A stretch of DNA of 64,000 bases. It comes from Rhodospirillaceae bacterium. Lineage in GTDB: Bacteria; Pseudomonadota; Alphaproteobacteria; SMXQ01. Shown here in pieces: positions 44,431-53,284 of the stretch. The DNA lies in assembly GCA_947474495.1 (NCBI GenBank), contig CANJIM010000005.1, forward strand, positions 27 to 64,026. The letters are read 5' to 3'. The notes beneath the pieces were generated by a model. The model was not told the DNA's origin. It saw nothing but the letters and a program-made list of their open reading frames with translations, and did no database searches. Position 1 is the first letter of the stretch. Every line of letters starts with the position of its first letter. Made by a program: the position numbers and the translations under genes.

Positions 44431-45363
44431 GTGATTAAGCTGAAGAAGAATTTTCTGCGCGGCTCTTACCCGCCCGCCGTTACCCCGTTCAAGAACGGCA
44501 AGGTGGATTACGCCAAGTTCGAGGAAGTCGTCGACTACATGATCGTCAACGGCAGCCATGGCGTGCTCATCACCGGCACGACCGGCGAGCCGTCGACGCT
44601 GACCAGCGATGAGCGCAAGCAGCTCTACAAGATCGCCGTCGACGTCACCGCGAAGCGCGTGCCCGTCGTCGCCGCCACCGGCTCGCAGTCGGAAGCGGAA
44701 ACGATGGACCTGAGCTATGCCGCCGAAAAGGCCGGCGTCGATTCTCTGCTCGTCGTCACGCCGTACTACGTCCGTCCGCCGCAGCGCGGCCTGGTCGAGT
44801 ACTACGTGCAGATCGGCAAGAAGATCGACCTGCCGCTGATGATCTATCACATTCCCGGCCGCACGGCCGTGAGCGTGACCCTCGACACCGTCGAGCAGAT
44901 CATGAACCGCACCGAAAACCTCGTCGGCATCAAGCACGCGGTGAACGACATGGGCTTCGTCACCCACGCGCTCGACCGCTTCGGCTTCGACTTCCGCGTG
45001 TTCGTCGGCCTCGAAGACCTCAGCTTCCCGATGCTCTGCATCGGCGCCTGCGGCCTGATGAACGCCGTCGGCAACATCGCGCCGCGCAAGGTCGCCGACC
45101 TCTATGAGCAGACGGTCGCCGGCAACATCGAGAAGGCCCGTAAGATCCACTACGAGCTGACCGAGTTGAACGAGTCGGTGTTCTACGACACCAACCCGAT
45201 CGCGATTAAGTACATGATGATGAAGATGGGCGTTCTCGAGAAGAACGAGCATCGCCTGCCGATGATGTCGGCGACCGCCGAAGTGGCCGCGCGACTGGAC
45301 GGCGTCATGAAGCGCGCCGGCTTGACCGGCAACGGCAAGAAGGCGAAAAAGAAAGCGGCTTAA
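44431..45363 (+). CDS. Dihydrodipicolinate-synthase/N-acetylneuraminate-lyase family class I aldolase
   Basis: GTG lies 1 nt after the previous stop, with AAGGTGG upstream. GTTGEPSTLT, IYHIPGRT and the Schiff-base Lys in VGIKHAVND. Lys-rich tail. Confidence 0.85.
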   Translation: MIKLKKNFLRGSYPPAVTPFKNGKVDYAKFEEVVDYMIVNGSHGVLITGTTGEPSTLTSDERKQLYKIAVDVTAKRVPVVAATGSQSEAETMDLSYAAEKAGVDSLLVVTPYYVRPPQRGLVEYYVQIGKKIDLPLMIYHIPGRTAVSVTLDTVEQIMNRTENLVGIKHAVNDMGFVTHALDRFGFDFRVFVGLEDLSFPMLCIGACGLMNAVGNIAPRKVADLYEQTVAGNIEKARKIHYELTELNESVFYDTNPIAIKYMMMKMGVLEKNEHRLPMMSATAEVAARLDGVMKRAGLTGNGKKAKKKAA

Positions 45364-45387
45364 GCGCGTCTTTTTCTGCAGAACCGA

Positions 45388-45421
45388 AGCCCGGCGGAGA
45401 GATCCGCCGGGCTTTTTCTTT
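45388..45421 (+). terminator. Rho-independent terminator ending the 40735-45363 operon
   Basis: AGCCCGGCGG-agagat-CCGCCGGGCT followed by TTTTCTTT. Confidence 0.8.
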
Positions 45422-45603
45422 GCGCAGAGAGAGACTTCATGCGTCGCCGCGCATTGATGGATATTTCGGATAGATCGGCTGACCAAGCCGCCGGGCATGG
45501 AACCAATTCCTAACCGAAATCGTTAGTTGTCAGTTAGTCTGGAATAATGCTGAAACGCGCTGCTGTTCTCGTGATTCGCGCCTTGTAGACCGAGCGAGAT
45601 GGC

Positions 45604-46824
45604 ATGACGCTGCAGGATGCACCCATGCCGTTCGCCTCAAATGAACAGCTAAATAGTCCCTCGATGCCAGCGCAGCAGCGTAGCTCGGCGCGCGGCCATT
45701 TGGCTGTGCTCGACGACGAAGCGATGTTTTGCGAATTTGTCGGTGAAGCGGCAGATATTTGCGGCTACGACGCCTTTTTTACAACGCGACCGGATGCGTT
45801 CTTCCAGCATATCGAACGCCATCCCGCGGCGGTGATCGTGCTCGATCTGCTCATGCCGGGGATGGATGGAATGCAGGCCTTGCGCCGTCTCGCCGAAGAA
45901 GGCGTGAAAGCGTGCATATTGCTCGCCAGCGGCGCCGACGGTCAGGTGCTCGATAACGCGATATGTCTGGGCCGCGAGCATGGGTTGAACATGACCGGCA
46001 TCATCCGCAAGCCGATCGATCTTGACGCTTTGCGCGAGCTGCTCGAAAGCCAGGTGCAAGTCGTTAGTCCAGTGATTCAGGCGCATCTCGAAGCCGCTTT
46101 GTCGGGCGACGAGTTGAAGTTGCATTACCAACCCATTTTGGATCTCCGCACGGGTCGTCCAGTCGGTGTCGAAGCCCTGGTGCGTTGGCATCACCCGCAA
46201 CTTGGCCTGGTAATGCCTTCGGCCTTTGTGCCGCTGGCTGAGCAAGGTGGTCTGATTGGCGCCTTAACCGATTGGGCGTTGGCGGAGGCGGTGACGCAGA
46301 ATGCCGCTTGGCGGAGCGCGGGCACTATGTTGAAGATCGCTGTCAACGTCTCCAATGCCAGCGCCCCCGACCCCGGCTTGCCCGAACGGCTCGAGCGCAT
46401 GTGTAGCGACGCAGGACTGCCGCCCTCCGCCATTGCGCTCGAGCTGACTGAAAGCGTGGCGACCGGAGATCCGGCCCGCGCCATGGAATTATTCGTTCGT
46501 CTGCGCTCCAAGGGTTTCGATCTGTCGATCGACGATTTCGGCACGGGCTATTCGTCGCTCGCCCAGTTGCAGCGATTGCCGTTCACGTCGCTCAAGATCG
46601 ACCGCTCTTTCGTATCGTCGGTTCTATCGTCCGACGCCAGCGCCTCGATCGTGCTGGCAATTATCTCCCTTGCTCATGCCCTCGGCCTAACATGTATTGC
46701 CGAAGGCGTCGAATCGGCGGAGACATTGCTGTTTCTCAAAGAGAACGGCTGTGATTGCGCCCAGGGCTATCACATTGCCCGGCCCATGCCGGCCACGGAC
46801 ATTCCCGCCTTCTGCCGGGCATAA
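45604..46824 (+). CDS. Response-regulator receiver + EAL domain protein (putative c-di-GMP phosphodiesterase)
   Basis: REC (LAVLDDEAMF...VIVLDLLMPGMDG...RKP). EAL domain (EALVRW, ELTE, DDFGTGYSS, KIDRSF). Confidence 0.85.
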   Translation: MTLQDAPMPFASNEQLNSPSMPAQQRSSARGHLAVLDDEAMFCEFVGEAADICGYDAFFTTRPDAFFQHIERHPAAVIVLDLLMPGMDGMQALRRLAEEGVKACILLASGADGQVLDNAICLGREHGLNMTGIIRKPIDLDALRELLESQVQVVSPVIQAHLEAALSGDELKLHYQPILDLRTGRPVGVEALVRWHHPQLGLVMPSAFVPLAEQGGLIGALTDWALAEAVTQNAAWRSAGTMLKIAVNVSNASAPDPGLPERLERMCSDAGLPPSAIALELTESVATGDPARAMELFVRLRSKGFDLSIDDFGTGYSSLAQLQRLPFTSLKIDRSFVSSVLSSDASASIVLAIISLAHALGLTCIAEGVESAETLLFLKENGCDCAQGYHIARPMPATDIPAFCRA

Positions 46825-46860
46825 AAAAACCCGGCGAGGTGAAGCGCCGGGTTTTTTTGT
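46824..46860. terminator. Bidirectional rho-independent terminator
   Basis: AAAAAAACCCGGCG-aggtgaag-CGCCGGGTTTTTTT between convergent genes. Confidence 0.8.
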
Positions 46861-46871
46861 TTCGCTCTTTT

Positions 46872-47387
46872 TTAAAGCGGGTAGACGATCGTAGCCGGCA
46901 CCATTTCCGAATCATAGACGCAGAGACGCTCTTTCAGTTTCAACGCGCCGCCTTGGCGCGTGAAAATGTCCATGTAGCGGCCGGCGTTGAGAATCTTGGT
47001 GTATTCGCCGGGCAGCGTCTCCAGCACCTGATAGTTCGCTTCGGCCCGTACCGTGTCGCCCCCCGTCGCGTCATGGGCCACGCTGCGGATGCGCGTGTTG
47101 GTGATGAAATGGCGCAGGTAGCGCTTGCGGTAGACCGTCGTCTTGGTGACGCCGACGACACGGTCGGTCAGGCCGCCATGGCCCTCGGCGTAAATCACCG
47201 CGAGCGGCAGGTTCTGTTCGAGGTTCTCGCGCGGCAGCACCTTGTAGATGCAGTCCGGCGTGAAGAAGCCGATCCAGTCGTTCAAATCGCCGTCGTCGAG
47301 GCAATCGGCATAGGCGGTATTGAATTCATCGATCTCAGCGCGGAGCGCGGCAAGGTCTTCGGCGCGGAGCTTGGTGGTCGTGGTCAT
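46872..47387 (-). CDS. Aromatic-ring-hydroxylating oxygenase beta (small, NTF2-like) subunit
   Basis: DEFNTAYADCLDDGDLNDWIGFFTPDCIYKV...RHFITNTRI...GRYMD is typical of the small subunit. The ATG lies 2 nt after the alpha stop; the alternative TTG at 47393 overlaps it. Confidence 0.85.
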   Translation of the reverse strand: MTTTTKLRAEDLAALRAEIDEFNTAYADCLDDGDLNDWIGFFTPDCIYKVLPRENLEQNLPLAVIYAEGHGGLTDRVVGVTKTTVYRKRYLRHFITNTRIRSVAHDATGGDTVRAEANYQVLETLPGEYTKILNAGRYMDIFTRQGGALKLKERLCVYDSEMVPATIVYPL

Positions 47388-47389
47388 GT

Positions 47390-48643
47390 TCAAAGCCCCA
47401 TCACTTTGCGGTAGCCGTCATAGAAGGCGCGAATCGCCGTTTCGGTGACCATATGGTCGGTATCCTCGACGCCGCGCCCACCCATCTCGACCACCGCGTC
47501 GCTGGCGGCATATTTCGAGATGCCGGCCTGGATCGCTTCCATCACTTCCGAATCGTCGGCCGAGACATAGCCAGCCGGGCCCATCAGATTGGCCTGGCGC
47601 AAGCGCTTCTGCGTCATTTCCTCGGACTCGTCGGCGAAACCGAAGTAGGTCCAGTGAAGTTCGAACTCTTCCGGGCCGACGAGATGAATCTGGCGCATCG
47701 CCAGCGTGTTGGACTGCTGCTGCACCATCAGGTTCGGCCAGATGGTCTGCATCACCACGGTTGCTTCGCCAGGGAATTCTTTTTCCGGCTGTAGCATCAG
47801 AGGATTGGCGAGGGTGAAACTCGCCTGGTTCTGACGGATGTCGGCGGTTGTGTCGTCGGCCTTCTTCTCGCCGCGCTGCGAGACCAGCACGGAATGCAGG
47901 CCGAGCTTCTCGTCCATCTGCACCTTCGACGGGTTGTCGGCGCGGAACAGGCTGAAGGAGACGAGGAACACATGCAGCAGGGAGGCGTGGTAGGGGTCCT
48001 TGATATTCTCGAACACCAGCTTCCAATTGCAGCGGATGCGTTGGCGCTGATAGCCGAGCACCTTCAACGGACGGCCGCTGAAAACACGGTCGAACCAGCC
48101 GACCATCTTGGGACCGATATATTCCTCGAACGACGGCATGGAATGATCGAAGCTGGCGAAGATCACGCCGTGGCGCGTCGCCACTTTCAGCTTCTGCAGG
48201 CCGTTCGCCTTCATGTCGAAGTCGCCCGGCATGCCGCCCTGCTTTTGCAGACCGCGGCGGAAGGGCACGGCGGTGGTCTCGCCCTTCAGATTGTAAGTCC
48301 ACTGATGGTAGGGGCAGATGAATTCGGTTTTGCCAGAGCCGTGCATGTCGTAGCAGAACTGCACGCCGCGATGGGCGCAGCGATTGACCACGACCTGCAC
48401 CTGACCGTCCTCGTCGCGCATGAAGATCACAGGCTTGTCGCCGACCTTGGTCTGGCGGAAGTCGCCAGGCTTCGGAATTTCGCATTCAAGGCCAATGTAA
48501 TTGTAGCTGGCGCCGCCGAACACCATCTCCTGCTCGCGCTTGTAAATCTCCGGCGAGGAATAGACCCAATAGGGCACCCGCGACGGGCCTTCCTTCGGCC
48601 ATTTGAGATTGAGCAAATTGTCGGTCTGTACGGCGGTGGCCAT
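47390..48643 (-). CDS. Rieske non-haem iron oxygenase alpha (large) subunit
   Basis: Rieske CAHRGVQFC...CPYHQWTY. Iron site NWKLVFENIKDPYHASLLH. The ATG at 48643 has CAGGGA 8 nt upstream; the tracked ORF starts at 48652. Confidence 0.9.
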   Translation of the reverse strand: MATAVQTDNLLNLKWPKEGPSRVPYWVYSSPEIYKREQEMVFGGASYNYIGLECEIPKPGDFRQTKVGDKPVIFMRDEDGQVQVVVNRCAHRGVQFCYDMHGSGKTEFICPYHQWTYNLKGETTAVPFRRGLQKQGGMPGDFDMKANGLQKLKVATRHGVIFASFDHSMPSFEEYIGPKMVGWFDRVFSGRPLKVLGYQRQRIRCNWKLVFENIKDPYHASLLHVFLVSFSLFRADNPSKVQMDEKLGLHSVLVSQRGEKKADDTTADIRQNQASFTLANPLMLQPEKEFPGEATVVMQTIWPNLMVQQQSNTLAMRQIHLVGPEEFELHWTYFGFADESEEMTQKRLRQANLMGPAGYVSADDSEVMEAIQAGISKYAASDAVVEMGGRGVEDTDHMVTETAIRAFYDGYRKVMGL

Positions 48644-48780
48644 CGGTCGCATCCCTGTTCTGTATGCCGGTAGCTGCGGCGGGTGTCCGGAGACGCTGGG
48701 GCGACGATGGGCTTTTGGCCGGACATCGCGGGAGTTGATCCCGTCATTCGTCCCGCAGCGTGAGTGGCTCTCCTGAACAA

Positions 48781-48795
48781 AGATTAGATATCAAA
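48781..48795. promoter_or_regulatory. Operator candidate S2: AGATTAGATATCAAA
   Basis: It contains the same 12-mer ATTAGATATCAA as S1. Its centre is about 147 bp upstream of the oxygenase alpha start, in the divergent spacer. Confidence 0.55.
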
Positions 48796-48969
48796 TTAAA
48801 TTCGCCGGAGCAAGCGGAACGGCTCTGCCAGCAGCATTTGTGACCTGCAGTTTCTTCAGCGTGACCAGGTTTGCGTGATTTTTTTGCGGATGCGCAATGC
48901 AGCAGTTATGCGCAGCTAATTTGAGTGTCGGAAAAAATCCGGCTTGGGCGGGCGAAAAAGCCGTGCCTA

Positions 48970-48985
48970 TGATTAGACATCTAAC
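48970..48985. promoter_or_regulatory. Operator candidate S3: TGATTAGACATCTAAC
   Basis: TTAGACATCTAA matches the palindrome TTAGATATCTAA at 11 of 12 positions. Its centre is about 147 bp upstream of the TAXI-TRAP SBP ATG. Confidence 0.55.
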
Positions 48986-49124
48986 GGCTGGCGGAGGTGG
49001 GGATCATTACCCGCCCGGCAATCGACCAGCCGACGGGGAGAGACGTTCCAGAAGATCGCCATAACGGATCGATCCGCGCCGCAGAACGTCGGCGCGAACA
49101 GAAATCGACAGGAAGGACTGGGAG

Positions 49125-50123
49125 ATGCGGAAGATCGCTTTAGCATGCGCGGCCGTTGCCGGCATGACCTTCGCAATGATGTCGGGCGCCGTTCAGGCGC
49201 AGCCCTATCAGATCTCGCTGGCCGGCGCGAGCCCGGGCGGTTTGTGGTCGAACATCGGCATCGGCATGGATCAGGTGATGAAGGCCGCCTATCCCGGCTC
49301 GACCGTCACCTATCAGACCACCGGCGGCGGCTTCGCCAACGCCATCCTCTTGCAGCAGAAAAAGGTGCCGATCGGCATTATCCACAATGTGGAGCTGAGG
49401 ATGGCGCAGAACGGCGTCGATCCTTTCAAAGCGCCGATCACGGAGATTCGTCCGCTCGCTTATCTTTACGATTGGTCGCCGTTTCAGCTCCTCCTGACCA
49501 AGGACTTCGCCGACAAGTACGGGATCAAGACGTTCGAGGATCTGATCGTCAAGAAGGCGCCGGTGCGCATGGTACTCAACCGCCGCGGCAACGTCGCCCA
49601 TGACGTCGCCATCAGCATGCTGAAGGTCAACGGCGCCAGCCTTGACGACATCAAGGCCTGGGGGGGCAACGTCGTGCTCGCTGGCTCGGAAGAGCAGAGC
49701 GACTTGATGAAGGACCGCCGCGTCGACATGATCTTCAACAGCCTGTTCGTCGGCATCCGCTCGCTCGTCGAAGTTGGCACGTCAGTCAACGTCGTCATGT
49801 TGCCGGTCGGCAAGGAGACCGTCGACAAGGTCGGCAAGGAGATGGGCACGGATCCCTATGTTATTAAGGCCAACTCCTACCCGTTCCAGCCAAGCGATGT
49901 CCCGACGCTGACCATGGGCGCCTTCGTCGCGGCCAACAAAGACATGCCGGACGCGCAGGCTCAGGCAATCACCAAGGCTCTCATCGAGAAGATCGACGCC
50001 ATGCGCGCCGTGCATCCGTCGATGAAGGAATTGACGCCGCAGCTGCTGCCCAGTCTGGCCGGCAATTTCCCCTACCATCCCGGTGCCATCGCAGCCTACA
50101 AGGCGGCCGGCTTGATGAAGTGA
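49125..50123 (+). CDS. TAXI-family TRAP transporter solute-binding protein
   Basis: Signal peptide MRKIALACAAVAGMTFAMMSGAVQA. ISLAGASPGGLWSNIGIGM and YQTTGGGFANAILL are typical of the TAXI/immunogenic-protein family. Confidence 0.8.
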   Translation: MRKIALACAAVAGMTFAMMSGAVQAQPYQISLAGASPGGLWSNIGIGMDQVMKAAYPGSTVTYQTTGGGFANAILLQQKKVPIGIIHNVELRMAQNGVDPFKAPITEIRPLAYLYDWSPFQLLLTKDFADKYGIKTFEDLIVKKAPVRMVLNRRGNVAHDVAISMLKVNGASLDDIKAWGGNVVLAGSEEQSDLMKDRRVDMIFNSLFVGIRSLVEVGTSVNVVMLPVGKETVDKVGKEMGTDPYVIKANSYPFQPSDVPTLTMGAFVAANKDMPDAQAQAITKALIEKIDAMRAVHPSMKELTPQLLPSLAGNFPYHPGAIAAYKAAGLMK

Positions 50124-50160
50124 GTCGAGCCTAGTCTATTCGTCAGTCGGAGTTCGTTCA

Positions 50161-51999
50161 GTGTCCGTCGCGGAAGTTCTGTTCAGCACCGGCATGCAGC
50201 GCCAGCTTTCGCCGGCGATGGATGCTGCGGTTAAACCGGTCGGTGTGGCGATCACCTGCGGGGTGATCTATTCCACGGTCATCGCCACGCCCGACCTGTT
50301 CGCCATGACGACGATCTTCCTGTCGGCGGTGCTGGCGCTCTGCTTCCTCACCATCACGCCGACGTCGAAGGAAGCCGATCGCATCCATCCGATCGATTGG
50401 CTGTTGGCGACGGCGTCGGTGGCGGTCGGCATCTTCTTCGCCATGAATACGAAGATGCTGATCGAGCGCATCGCCCTGTTCGACGATCTGTCGACGCAGG
50501 AGATGATTTTCGGAAGTCTGCTGCTGTTCCTGGTGGTAGAAATTTCGCGGCGCGCGACCGGCCTTGGCCTCACTGTGCTGGTACTGATGTTTTTCGCCTA
50601 TAACCTATGGGGCCATGTCCTGCCCGGCGCCATGGGCCACGGCTATATCTCCTACGGCCATTTCCTCGACCTCATCGCTTTTACCACCGACGGCATCTTC
50701 GGCGGACCGCTGCGCGTTGCGGCGACCTACGCCTTCCTCTTCGTGCTGTTCGGCGCTGTGCTCAACAAGGCCAAGGGTGGCGAGTTCTTCTTCGATATTG
50801 CCTCGGCCATGACCGGCCGCGCCGTCGGCGGCCCAGCCAAGATCGCCGTGGTCTCATCCGGCCTCTATGGCACCATCTCGGGCAATCCGGTGGCCGACGT
50901 GGTGACCACCGGCGCCGTGACCATTCCGGTGATGAAGCGCCTCGGCTATCCCGCCGCGCTCGCCGGCGGCATCGAGGTCGCGGCCTCGACCGGCGGCAGC
51001 TTGGCGCCGCCAGTGATGGGCTCTGCCGCTTTCATCATGGCGGAATACACCAGCATTCCCTATGCCGACATCGCCATTGCGGCGACCCTGCCGGCCTTCC
51101 TTTATTACCTCGGCGTCTACGCCCAAGTGCATCTCTACGCCGCCAAGCACAAGCTGCGCGGCCTGGAGGACGAAGTGCTGCCGAAGGTGCTGCCGACGCT
51201 GTTGCGCGGTTGGGTTTTCATCGTGCCGCTGGTGGTGCTCGTCGTCTTCATCATTCTCGGCTATTCCGCCAACCTGACGGCGATCGGCGCGACCATTGCC
51301 GTTTTCCTGATGACGCTGTTCGACAAGCGCACGCGGCTCGGCGTGATTGCCATTTATGACGTGCTGGCGGAGGCGGCGCTCCGCATGGTGCCGGTGGCCG
51401 GCGCTTGCGCCGCGGCCGGGCTTATCGTTGGCGCACTCAGCATGACAGGGCTCTCGGTGAAATTCGTCGACGTCATCACGCTGCTGACCGGCGACAGCCT
51501 GTTCCTCACCCTACTTGTTACCGCGCTGCTCACGCTGCTGCTCGGCCTCGGCTTGCCGACCTCGAGCTCTTACATCCTGGCCGCCGTGCTGATCGCGCCA
51601 GTGTTGACCAGGCTCGGCCTCTCGGTGATGGCCGCGCATATGTTCATTCTCTATTACGCCGTGCTGTCGGCGCTGACGCCGCCGGTCGCAGTGGCGGGCT
51701 ATGCCGCGGCGGCCATCGCGCAGGCCAATCCGCTGACGATCTCGGTGCTGGCCTGCCGCATGTCGATCGTCGCTTTTATCGCGCCCTTCAGCTTCGCCTA
51801 TGGCGAGTCGCTGTTGCTGGTCGGTGAATGGTACGTGATCCTCGCCACTTTGATCTCCGCGTCGCTCGGCGTGATCCTGTTGGCGGTTGGGTTGGAAGGC
51901 TATTTCCGCCAGCCGTTGAACAGGCCCTTGCGCGCGCTGGCCGCTATAGCCGGCTTGGTGTTCCTAGCGCCGGCGGCGTTCTACTCGATTTTCGATTAA
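50161..51999 (+). CDS. TRAP transporter fused permease (TAXI-type small+large membrane component)
   Basis: 612 aa, highly hydrophobic throughout. It directly follows the TAXI SBP. GTG start, uncertain. Confidence 0.8.
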   Translation: MSVAEVLFSTGMQRQLSPAMDAAVKPVGVAITCGVIYSTVIATPDLFAMTTIFLSAVLALCFLTITPTSKEADRIHPIDWLLATASVAVGIFFAMNTKMLIERIALFDDLSTQEMIFGSLLLFLVVEISRRATGLGLTVLVLMFFAYNLWGHVLPGAMGHGYISYGHFLDLIAFTTDGIFGGPLRVAATYAFLFVLFGAVLNKAKGGEFFFDIASAMTGRAVGGPAKIAVVSSGLYGTISGNPVADVVTTGAVTIPVMKRLGYPAALAGGIEVAASTGGSLAPPVMGSAAFIMAEYTSIPYADIAIAATLPAFLYYLGVYAQVHLYAAKHKLRGLEDEVLPKVLPTLLRGWVFIVPLVVLVVFIILGYSANLTAIGATIAVFLMTLFDKRTRLGVIAIYDVLAEAALRMVPVAGACAAAGLIVGALSMTGLSVKFVDVITLLTGDSLFLTLLVTALLTLLLGLGLPTSSSYILAAVLIAPVLTRLGLSVMAAHMFILYYAVLSALTPPVAVAGYAAAAIAQANPLTISVLACRMSIVAFIAPFSFAYGESLLLVGEWYVILATLISASLGVILLAVGLEGYFRQPLNRPLRALAAIAGLVFLAPAAFYSIFD

Positions 52000-53075
52000 T
52001 CGCGCAGCTTCAGCGTCCGCATCGTCCACAACAGGCAGGCGAGCAAGACGACGGCGGCGGCCTGATGCAGGGCGCCGAGCGATACGGGGACGGCGGTGAT
52101 CAGCGTGGCGATCCCGAGTGTCGGTTGGATCACGGCCATGGCGAGCAGCGCGCCCGTCGCCTGTTTGGCGGCGCGCGGCGGCGCCTTGCTCCGGGCATAG
52201 AGCGCGAAGGCAATCAGCGACACCGCCGTCGTCACCGCAAGCCAGCGGTGGTTGAACTGCACCGCGGGAATGTTCTCGAACAGGTTGTGCCAGAACGGCG
52301 AGAGGGTGGCGTAACCCTCCGGCACGAAGCGGCCGTCCATCAGGGGGAACGTGTTGTAGGTCAGGCCAGCATCGAGCCCGGCGACGAAGCCGCCGCTGGC
52401 AATGGTGACCACCAGCAACAGCGCCAGCGGATGGGCGAGCGCGCGCAAGCGGCGCGCGTCATTGGAAAAGCCGCCGTCGATGGCCGTCCAGCCGTCGTTG
52501 GGGCGCAGGCGGGCGAGCGCCAGCCACAAGAGCCAGCCGAACACGGCGAGCGCCAGGAGAAGATGCGCGGTCAGACGATAGGGACTGACGCGCGGATCGT
52601 TGACCAGGCCGCTTTTCACCATGAACCAGCCGAGCGCGCCCTGGGCGCCGCCGAGGACGAACAGCACGGCGACTTGACCGAGCAACTTGCCGCGCAGCCA
52701 GCCCTTGAGGAAAAAGACGAGGGCCGGCAGGGCGAAGACGAGGCCGATCAGCCGGCCCCAGAGGCGATGGATATATTCGAGCCAGAAGATGCCTTTGAAG
52801 TCGGCCAGGGTCATGCCGGCGTTGACCTTCTGGTACTCGGGATACTGGCGGTACTTGTCGAACAGCTCCTGCCAATGGGCTTGGTTGAGCGGCGGCAGGG
52901 CGCCCATCAGGGGCTGCCATTCGACGATCGAGAGGCCCGATTCGGTCAGCCGGGTCACGCCGCCGATCACCACCATGACGAAGACCATGGCCGCCGATAG
53001 GGCGAGCCAGGCGCCGATCAGGCGGTCCGGGGCAGGGATGGGATTGGGGGCGGTGAGGGACGCGGTGGCGGACAT
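51996..53075 (-). CDS. ctaA: Haem A synthase (COX15/CtaA)
   Basis: ATG at 53075 (MSATASL). VTRLTESGLSIVEWQPLMG...HWQELFDKYRQYPEY...EYIHRLWGR are COX15 hallmarks. Confidence 0.85.
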   Translation of the reverse strand: MSATASLTAPNPIPAPDRLIGAWLALSAAMVFVMVVIGGVTRLTESGLSIVEWQPLMGALPPLNQAHWQELFDKYRQYPEYQKVNAGMTLADFKGIFWLEYIHRLWGRLIGLVFALPALVFFLKGWLRGKLLGQVAVLFVLGGAQGALGWFMVKSGLVNDPRVSPYRLTAHLLLALAVFGWLLWLALARLRPNDGWTAIDGGFSNDARRLRALAHPLALLLVVTIASGGFVAGLDAGLTYNTFPLMDGRFVPEGYATLSPFWHNLFENIPAVQFNHRWLAVTTAVSLIAFALYARSKAPPRAAKQATGALLAMAVIQPTLGIATLITAVPVSLGALHQAAAVVLLACLLWTMRTLKLRD

Positions 53076-53209
53076 ATGGGCACCTGACGCGGCTGACGGG
53101 GGCGGGGCAGATATGCGCGTCGGAGACCCCAGATGCAAGGATTGCCAAGCCAAATCGAGCATAATAACAAAATATTATTGTAGTATATTCTATTTCACAG
53201 CGCGGGCCG

Positions 53210-53237
53210 TTGACTTTGAGGTCTTGCTGGTCATAAT
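53210..53237 (+). promoter_or_regulatory. Sigma70-like promoter candidate for the siroheme-reductase gene
   Basis: TTGACT, a 16-nt spacer, then CATAAT, ending 48 nt before the ATG at 53285. An AT-rich inverted repeat ATAATA-N6-TATTAT (53161-53178) lies upstream. Confidence 0.45.
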
Positions 53238-53284
53238 GCGCGCCAGTTGAGCGCCCCTTCATCCGGGGGCGAGGGAGATTCCGC

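Noticed and set aside
51996-51999. 4-nt overlap of the convergent TRAP permease and ctaA reading frames (TTAA shared by both stop codons)
   Set aside because: This is a trivial consequence of palindromic TAA/TTA stop codons. No functional implication can be supported.
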